Below are positions 10,735 to 21,682 of a stretch of DNA of 21,682 nt, piece by piece (the first letter of the stretch is position 1; each line of letters starts with the position of its first letter). The notes under the pieces were generated by a model, which made no database searches, had not been told where the DNA came from, and saw nothing but the letters and a program-made list of their open reading frames with translations. The stretch comes from Eledone cirrhosa (lineage: Eukaryota), in contig CAXHJY010000650.1 of NCBI GenBank assembly GCA_964016885.1, positions 1 to 21,682 on the forward strand. Reading direction: 5' to 3'. The translations under genes were made by a program, and so were the position numbers.

Positions 10735-13700
10735 TGTTGGGCCCTGACCGCATAATTTTAACTTGTCTAGTAATAGTGGACCCATAAGACATAATTTTAA
10801 CTTGTCTAGTAATGGTGGGCCCAGAAGACATAATTTTAACTAGTCTAGTAATGGTAGGCCCAGAAGACAATTTTAACTAATCTAGTAATGGTCGGCCCAG
10901 GAGACATAATTTTAACTAATCTAGTAATGGTAGGCCCAGAAGACATAATTTTAACTTGTCTAGTAATGGTCGGCCCAGAAGACAATTTTAACTAATCTAG
11001 TAATGGTCGGCCCAGAAGACATAATTTTAACTAATCTAGTAATGGTAGGCCCAGAAGACATAATTGTAACTTGTCTAGTAATGGTAGGCCCAGAAGACAT
11101 AATTTTAACTAATCTAGTAATGGTCGGCCCAGAAGACATAATTTTACTAATCTAGTAATGGTCGGCCCAGAAGACATAATTTTAACTTGTCTAGTAATGG
11201 TAGGCCCAGAAGACATAATTTTAACTAGTCTAGTAATGGTAGGCCCAGAAGACATAATTTTAACTAGTCTAGTAATGGTAGGCCCAGAAGACATAATTTT
11301 AACTAGTCTAGTAATGGTAGGCCCAGAAGACATAATTTTAACTAGTCTAGTAATGGTAGGCCCAGAAGACATAATTTTAACTAGTCTAGTAATGGTAGGC
11401 CCAGAAGACATAATTTTAACTTGTCTAGTAATGGTAGGCCCAGAAGACGTAATTTTAACTAGTCTAGTAATGGTAGGCCCAGAAGACATAATTTTAACTA
11501 GTCTAGTAATGGTCGGCCCAGAAGACATAATTTTAACTAATCTAGTAATGGTAGGCCCAGAAGACATAATTTTAACTTGTCTAGTAATGGTCGGCCCAGA
11601 AGACAATTTTAACTAATCTAGTAATGGTCGGCCCAGAAGACATAATTTTAACTAGTCTAGTAATGGTAGGCCCAGAAGACATAATTTTAACTTGTCTAGT
11701 AATGGTAGGCCCAGAAGACATAATTTTAACTAGTCTAGTAATGGTCGGCCCAGAAGACATAATTTTAACTAGTCTAGTAATGGTAGGCCCAGAAGACATA
11801 ATTTTAACTTGTCTAGTAATGGTAGGCCCAGAAGACATAATTTTACTAATCTAGTAATGGTCGGCCCAGAAGACATAATTTTACTAATCTAGTAATGGTC
11901 GGCCCAGAAGACAATTTTAACTAGTCTAGTAATGGTAGGCCCAGAAGACATAATTTTAACTTGTCTAGTAATGGTAGGCCCAGAAGACATAATTTTAACT
12001 AATCTAGTAATGGTCGGCCCAGAAGACATAATTTTAACTAGTCTAGTAATGGTAGGCCTAGAAGACATAATTTTAACTTGTCTAGTAATGGTAGGCCCAG
12101 AAGACATAATTTTACTAATCTAGTAATGGTCGGCCCAGAAGACATAATTTTACTAATCTAGTAATGGTCGGCCCAGAAGACATAATTTTACTAATCTAGT
12201 AATGGTCGGCCCAGAAGACATAATTTTACTAATCTAGTAATGGTCGGCCCAGAAGACATAATTTTACTAATCTAGTAATGGTAGGCCCAGAAGACATAAT
12301 TTTACTAATCTAGTAATGGTCGGCCCAGAAGACATAATTTTAACTAGTCTAGTAATGGTAGGCCCAGAAGACATAATTTTAACTTGTCTAGTAATGGTAG
12401 GCCCAGAAGACATAATTTTACTAATCTAGTAATGGTCGGCCCAGAAGACATAATTTTACTAATCTAGTAATGGTAGGCCCAGAAGACATAATTTTACTAA
12501 TCTAGTAATGGTCGGCCCAGAAGACATAATTTTAACTAGTCTAGTAATGGTAGGCCCAGAAGACATAATTTTAACTTGTCTAGTAATGGTAGGCCCAGAA
12601 GACATAATTTTAACTAATCTAGTAATGGTCGGCCCAGAAGACATAATTTTAACTAGTCTAGTAATGGTAGGCCCAGAAGACATAATTTTAACTTGTCTAG
12701 TAATGGTAGGCCCAGAAGACATAATTTTACTAATCTAGTAATGGTCGGCCCAGAAGACATAATTTTAACTAGTCTAGTAATGGCAGGCCCAGAAGACATA
12801 ATTTTAACTTGTCTAGTAATGGTCGGCCCAGAAGACATAATTTTACTAATCTAGTAATGGTCGGCCCAGAAGACATAATTTTACTAATCTAGTAATGGTA
12901 GGCCCAGAAGACATAATTTTAACTAGTCTAGTAATGGTAGGCCCAGAAGACATAATTTTAACTAGTCTAGTAATGGTCGGCCCAGAAGACATAATTTTAA
13001 CTAATCTAGTAATGGTAGGCCCAGAAGACATAATTTTAACTTGTCTAGTAATGGTAGGCCCAGAAGACATAATTTTAACTAATCTAGTAATGGCCGGCTC
13101 AGGAGACATAATTTTAACTGGTCTAGTAATGGTAGGCCCAGAAGACATAATTTTAACTAGTCTAGTAATGGTAGGCCCAGAAGACATAATTTTAACTTGT
13201 CTAGTGATGGTAGGCCCAGAAGACATAATTTTAACTTGTCTAGTAATGGTCGGCCCAGGAGACATAATTTTACTAATCTAGTAATGGTCGGCCCAGAAGA
13301 CATAATTTTAACTAGTCTAGTAATGGTAGGCCCAGAAGACATAATTTTAACTAGTCTAGTAATGGTAGGCCCAGAAGACATAATTTTAACTAATCTAGTA
13401 ATGGTCGGCCCAGAAGACATAATTTTAACTAGTCTAGTAATGGTAGGCCCAGAAGACATAATTTTAACTAGTCTAGTAATGGTAGGCCGAGAAGACATAA
13501 TTTTAACTAATCTAGTAATGGTCGGCCCAGAAGACATAATTTTAACTAGTCTAGTAATGGTAGGCCCAGAAGACATAATTTTAACTCGTCTAGTAATGGT
13601 CGGCCCAGAAGACATAATTTTAACTAGTCTAGTAATGGTAGGCCCAGAAGATATAATTTTAACTTGTCTAGTAATGGTAGGCCCAGAAGACATAATTTTA

Positions 13701-14100
13701 ACTTGTCTAGTAATGGTAGGCCCAGAAGACACATAATTTTAACTAATGGCCCAGAAGACATAATTTTAACTAATCTAGTAATGGACGGCTCAGGAGACAT
13801 AATTTTAACTGGTCTAGTAATGGTAGGCCCAGAACACATAATTTTAACTTGTCTAGTAATGGTAGGCCCAGAAGACATAATTTTAACTTGTCTAGTAATG
13901 GTCGGCCCAGAATACATAATTTTAACTTGTCTAGTAATGGTGGGCCTAGAAGACATAATTTTAACTAATCTAGCAATGGTAGGCCCAGAAGACATACTTT
14001 TAACTAGTCTAGTAATGGTAGGCCCAGAAGACATAATTTCAATTATGGGCCCTAAACACAACATTTCATTTAGTCAAGTAATTTTGGGCCCTGAAGACCT
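10735..14100. repeat. 39-bp minisatellite array (~86 units, estimated from length)
   Basis: Unit CTAGTAATGGT(A/C)GGCCCAGAAGACATAATTTTAACT(AG/TG/AA)T, with 38- and 37-bp variants and degenerate edges. Confidence 0.97.
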
Positions 14101-14574
14101 TGTAATGAAACCTCGAGTTTACTTTCAGAAAATAAATTATCCTTTAGTAGAAATTGAGCAGACCTCTTCAATTAATTTACTTGGTATAATATAAATAACG
14201 TCTTATTTGTGAGGCCTACAACATTGATAACATAGCTATAATTAACGCTAATGAGATATGACAAGGAATGTATTAAAAAGTTAATCTAAATCTCTACAGA
14301 AAAGCTGCATATATGTTAACAAGATCAAGATTAATGACATGAGCAATAGAAATTTTATTAATTTTTCGTTTTTCATTTTTTTTTTTTTTGTTTTAGAAAA
14401 TTTATGAACCATTATTATCATTTTTATTTTATTTTTAATGTGTGTGCGCATAAATGTATTTGTATAGAAATTACAAATCTTGGGTAATTAGAACCAAGCC
14501 AACAACTCACGTTGTCTTTTACTAAATTGAACAAATGAATCACTCAAGAAATATACATACAAACACACACACAT

Positions 14575-17467
<2,893 letters not shown>

Positions 17468-17633
17468 ATATTGTTATACTTTGGGAGGGTCATGTTGCCA
17501 ATAAGAAACACACGCACCAGTTGCTTTCACTTCAATTTATTATATATTTATAAATTTATAAATTTACAAATTTACAAACCTATAAATTTCTGGTTGGTTG
17601 GTTGGTTCCACAACCAGATAGTTGTTTATATAT

Positions 17634-17678
17634 AGTCATAGTCCTTTCGTCACACACTCTGTGACCTCTTCAGTGACT
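17634..17678 (-). ncRNA. Minimal hammerhead ribozyme motif (left arm)
   Basis: AGTCA-CTGAAGA-G-GTCACA gagtg TGTGAC-GAAA-GGAC-TA-TGACT. Perfect stem I, one extra G before stem II, minimal stem III. Confidence 0.65.
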
Positions 17679-17799
17679 GGGGATTCCTTTCTTCGTTTCT
17701 GTGCCTTTCCTTTCTTCTATCCTACGCCATTTTGTTTCTGAAACAAAATGGCGTAGGATAGAAGAAAGGAAAGGGACAGAAACGAAGAAAGGAATCCCC

Positions 17800-17844
17800 A
17801 GTCACTGAAGAGGTCACAGAGTGTGTGACGAAAGGACTAAGACT
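17800..17844 (+). ncRNA. Minimal hammerhead ribozyme motif (right arm)
   Basis: Same as the left arm but stem I 3' strand is AGACT, giving a mismatch next to the cleavage site. Confidence 0.6.
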
Positions 17845-18066
17845 ATATATAAACAACTATCTGGTTGTGGAACCAACCAACCAACCAGAAATTTATAGGT
17901 TTGTAAATTTGTAAATTTATAAATTTATAAATATATAATAAATTGAAGTGAAAGCAACTGGTGCGTGTGTTTCTTATTGGCAACATGACCCTCCCAAAGT
18001 ATAACAATATCGGTTTCAACACACGATTTCAGATAAAGAATCTTGCGAAACAAATTCAGAAACGTT

Positions 18067-18161
18067 ATATATATATACATATATATATATAAATAGATAC
18101 ATATATAAATAAATATATATATATAAATATATATATATAAATAAATATATATATATATATA

Positions 18162-18193
<32 letters not shown>

Positions 18194-18304
18194 AATATAA
18201 ATATATATATATAAATATATATATATAAATATATATATATATAAATATATATATGTAAATATAAATATATATAAATATATATATATAAATATATATATAT
18301 AAAT

Positions 18305-18335
<31 letters not shown>

Positions 18336-18592
18336 AATATATATATATAATATATATATATATTTATATATATATATTTATATATATATATTTATATATA
18401 TATATTTATATATATATATTTATATATATATATATTTATATATATATATATTTATATATATATTTATATATATATTTATATTTATATATATATTTATATA
18501 TATATTTATATATATATTTATAAACATAGATTTATATTTATATATATATATATATTTATATATATATTTATATACATATATTTATATTTATA

Positions 18593-18672
<80 letters not shown>

Positions 18673-18711
18673 AATATATAAATAGATATATATAAATTTA
18701 TATATATAAAA

Positions 18712-18742
<31 letters not shown>

Positions 18743-18815
18743 AATAAATATATATATATATAAATATATATATACATAAATATATATATAAATATATATA
18801 TATATAGAAATAAAT

Positions 18816-18898
<83 letters not shown>

Positions 18899-19069
18899 AT
18901 ATATAAATATATATATATAATATATAAATATATATATATATATAATATATAAATATATATATATAATATATAAATATATATATAAATATATATATATACT
19001 TATAAATATATATATAAATATATATATAAATATATATATAAATATATATATAAATATATATATATATAA

Positions 19070-19098
<29 letters not shown>
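18067..19098. repeat. Degenerate (TA)n/TAAA field
   Basis: Direct observation. Confidence 0.95.
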
Positions 19099-19100
<2 letters not shown>

Positions 19101-19870
19101 CGATATTAAACAAATGGAAACTATATTTATAAAACCATATTTATTTCATTATACATATTTCAGGGATACCATATTAAAAATATGGCATGCCTTCGTCAGA
19201 TAAAATACAATATATAACCAGTTTTATAAATAATTTTGACGTACCATAAATATAGCGACCATTAATGTAGGAGGCTGGTTTGGTAGTGAAGTGTTTATAA
19301 ATATTTAGTGTTAATCACAGTTACAAATAAAGACGGAGAAAAAGAAGAAATGTATGTAAAGAAAACCAGAGAGAAATAGAGAGAAATAGGGGAGTGAGAA
19401 AGAGGGAGGAGGTAAAAAAGAGAGGCAACCGAAGGCAACAGATGAATAATAATAATTCATCATACAAATTGAGAGATTTAAGAGGGAGGGAGTACGGTAA
19501 TTATTTAGTTATAGTGTAAAGCACAGTTAGAGAAGAGACAGACTGAAAAGAAAGAGGGAGAAAAAAATATTAATAATTATATAGGGGGAGGTGAAAATCA
19601 AGAGAGAAGTAAGAGAGAAACATGAGAGGCAAAGTCAAAACAACAGATACATAAACTTCATCATATATAAAGAGAGAGGGGAAGCAAGAGCTGTATCTAG
19701 AGAGAGGGATGATAGGTTTACATCTTTACGTCATGTCCTATCAATTTGAATTATCAATTCATATGAACTGGGTAATACAATGTAAATATCAATATTCATG
19801 AATGAGACATAGATATATAATGTGTGAAAATAATTTTGCTCAATAATGACCATATGTTTAGTTTAAAACT
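19099..19870 (-). mobile_element. Probable 3' end of a Penelope-like element (CT-rich 3' UTR + hammerhead), ending in (TA)n
   Basis: Hammerhead lies ~40 nt from the terminus. The terminus recurs at 16013-16054. Weak GIY-YIG C-terminal remnants (IWSLL, LCL) on the minus strand near 19790-19860. Confidence 0.55.
19142..19207 (-). ncRNA. Type I hammerhead ribozyme, same family as 10255-10325
   Basis: TATTTTAT-CTGACGA-[AGGCATGCCATATT TTT AATATGGTATCCCT]-GAAA-TATGTAT-A-ATGAAATA. Confidence 0.85.
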
Positions 19871-19874
19871 CTGA

Positions 19875-20778
19875 GGTCTAATAAAAATATTTTCGACGAA
19901 AAAGCGCAGTATTACAATGAAGCGTTAGCTAGAGCAGGATATAGTGATCAAATTAAGTACATCGATAATAATAAGCAAACTAACCAAAATAATAACAATT
20001 TTAATTACGGTAACAACATTAACAACTAGTAACAACATTAACAACTATAATAGAAAACATTACAATAATTCCAAAAGCCAGAAAAGAAATAGAACTAGAA
20101 ATATAATATGGTCCCCCCCCCCCTTTCTCACTAAATATTAAAACCCACATTGCTAAACTATTCTTTAATGCTCTTGACAAACGCTTCCCTAGAACACATA
20201 AATATCACTCAATTTTTAATAGACATACTATAAAATTAACTTACTCGTCCACCAAAAATTTAGCACAAAATATTAACAGAATAAATAATAGGAATTTGAA
20301 ACCTAACCAAAATACCAATAATAACCCAAACAATATTCAATTAAACAACTGTAACTGTAGAAATAAATCTAAATGTCCGTTAAATAACAATTGCTTAGTT
20401 AAAAATATAATATACAATTGTAATGTTAAAACTAACTTAAATTCTTTCAACTATGTTGGTTCCACCTCGACAGAATTTAAACTTCGCTTCAATAATCATA
20501 AGAATTCTTTCACAGATCCAAACAAAAAATCTTCAACCTCACTATCAAGCTTACTCTGGCAACTTAAACGTGATAACGTTGGGTATTCGATGTTTTGGAA
20601 TATTGTCTCAAGAGGGATTCCTTTTAATTCCTCATCTGAGACATGTGATCTCTGTGTGGAGGAGATATTCTTTATATTAAAATCCAAAAATTCCCTTAAT
20701 CTAAGGAGCAATTTATTCAGTTGCTGCAGACATAGATTGAACTCAACGTTTAAATATAAATATAAATTTAAAATGTAG
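19875..20778 (+). pseudogene. 5'-truncated Penelope-like element ORF: RT C-terminal region + Cys-rich linker + GIY-YIG endonuclease
   Basis: SNKNIF..YYNEAL..AGY; RNIIW.PPFS.NIKT..F...DK.FP..H.Y.SIFNR.T.KLTYS; CNCR..KCPL...CL; IIY..YVG, KLRFNNH, CDLCVEE, LN.R, CRH. Two frameshifts: 19-bp duplication 20010-20047 and +1 in the C run 20113-20123. Confidence 0.88.
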
Positions 20779-21682
20779 TATAATTAATTAAGAAATTTAA
20801 TTAATGTATGAAACCTGACGATAAATCTTTCGATTCCTTCAATTTTTTCTTTTAAACCTTCTTCATAAATATAAACAAATGATGTAATTAAACTACTCTA
20901 AAATGTAGATGCTCCCAATGTATTAAATAAATTTTACGCAAGATAAATTTCTATACTAAATATAAGAGCATCCGTAGAACCACAGGGTCTTCTAAATCCT
21001 TTAAATGATTTTTGTTAAATAATTTTGGTTTTTATTTGCTTTTTGATTCTGATTGCTTCTAAAGAACTTGGCAATATATTGTCTGGAAAATTGGAAGGAT
21101 AGATTTCTGTGGTAAATATATGAAGCATACTGGGTTTTTGTGGCTTGAGATGCCCTAGGGTGTGTTGAAAATATTTTAATATTTTGATGTTTCTGTGCTG
21201 ATATATTGATATCTGGTTGTCTCTGTGCAAAGGCCATATGTATTAATATGCATATGGAATGATTACAGAGTATATTTTATCTGTTCATGTGCCTGTATGT
21301 GTGCAAGAGATGCTAGAACACTCACGCAGATGTCATATATATACATATATATGTATATATATGTGTAGGTATAGTTCTGTATATGTTACAGATATGCATA
21401 ATATTATATACATGAACGATGATCATTTGTGTGAGGAATGAATACTAATCGTTTATATTTTTTATGTATATATATATATATATATAGTGAAATCTTTTAT
21501 AACACAAGAAAAATTTCTTTTGTGAAACAAGAAATTAAAGAGTTGATCACGTAAAGTCATGTGTATGTCTATTTTATCAACTAGAGCTTGACATGACTTT
21601 CTCTTTCTCTTTTTCTTTTCTTTTTTCAGAAAGTGCATATGCATGTGTATGTATATATCTCCGTATTTTTATAAATAGGGTA

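Larger units (their letters stand above)
17468..18066. mobile_element. Inverted (palindromic) insertion of a Penelope-like pseudo-LTR / retrozyme-like element in (TA)n
   Basis: 271-bp arms 17468-17738 and 17740-18010 around a single T, with 2 mismatches seen. A 56-bp tail 18011-18066 is on the right arm only. Each arm has a hammerhead motif. The palindrome is certain; the PLE assignment is inference. Confidence 0.75.

Noticed and set aside
10735-14100. CRISPR array
   Set aside because: Units are contiguous with no unique spacers, there are no cas genes, and the context is eukaryotic.
20815-20840. CTGACGA downstream of the PLE ORF as a hammerhead
   Set aside because: No GAAA after a closable stem II and no stem I partner seen.
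20930-21240. Minus-strand coding-like stretch including GFRRPCGSTDALIF (RT-like?)
   Set aside because: Single short motif, stops in all frames, no neighbouring RT motifs.

Overview
Eukaryotic, repeat-dominated, apparently intergenic or intronic DNA. It is probably animal; the SINE family and extreme (TA)n content suggest a cephalopod such as Octopus, which is inference. No host gene can be supported. Contents: (1) a decayed, near full-length L1/Tx1-type LINE (~281-5208) followed by two more stacked LINE 3' ends; (2) five copies or fragments of one tRNA-derived SINE family, some with clear target-site duplications, whose 3' tail resembles the LINE 3' tail; (3) a probable LTR with a polypurine tract; (4) a ~3.3 kb array of a 39-bp minisatellite with trimeric higher-order structure; (5) large (TA)n/(CA)n fields holding short insertions, including a 543-bp near-perfect palindrome and a Penelope-like (GIY-YIG) retroelement remnant. 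The main hidden signal is four hammerhead-ribozyme motifs (10255-10325 +, 17634-17678 -, 17800-17844 +, 19142-19207 -), all in inserts within (TA)n. They point to a ribozyme-bearing, microsatellite-targeting Penelope/retrozyme-type system.
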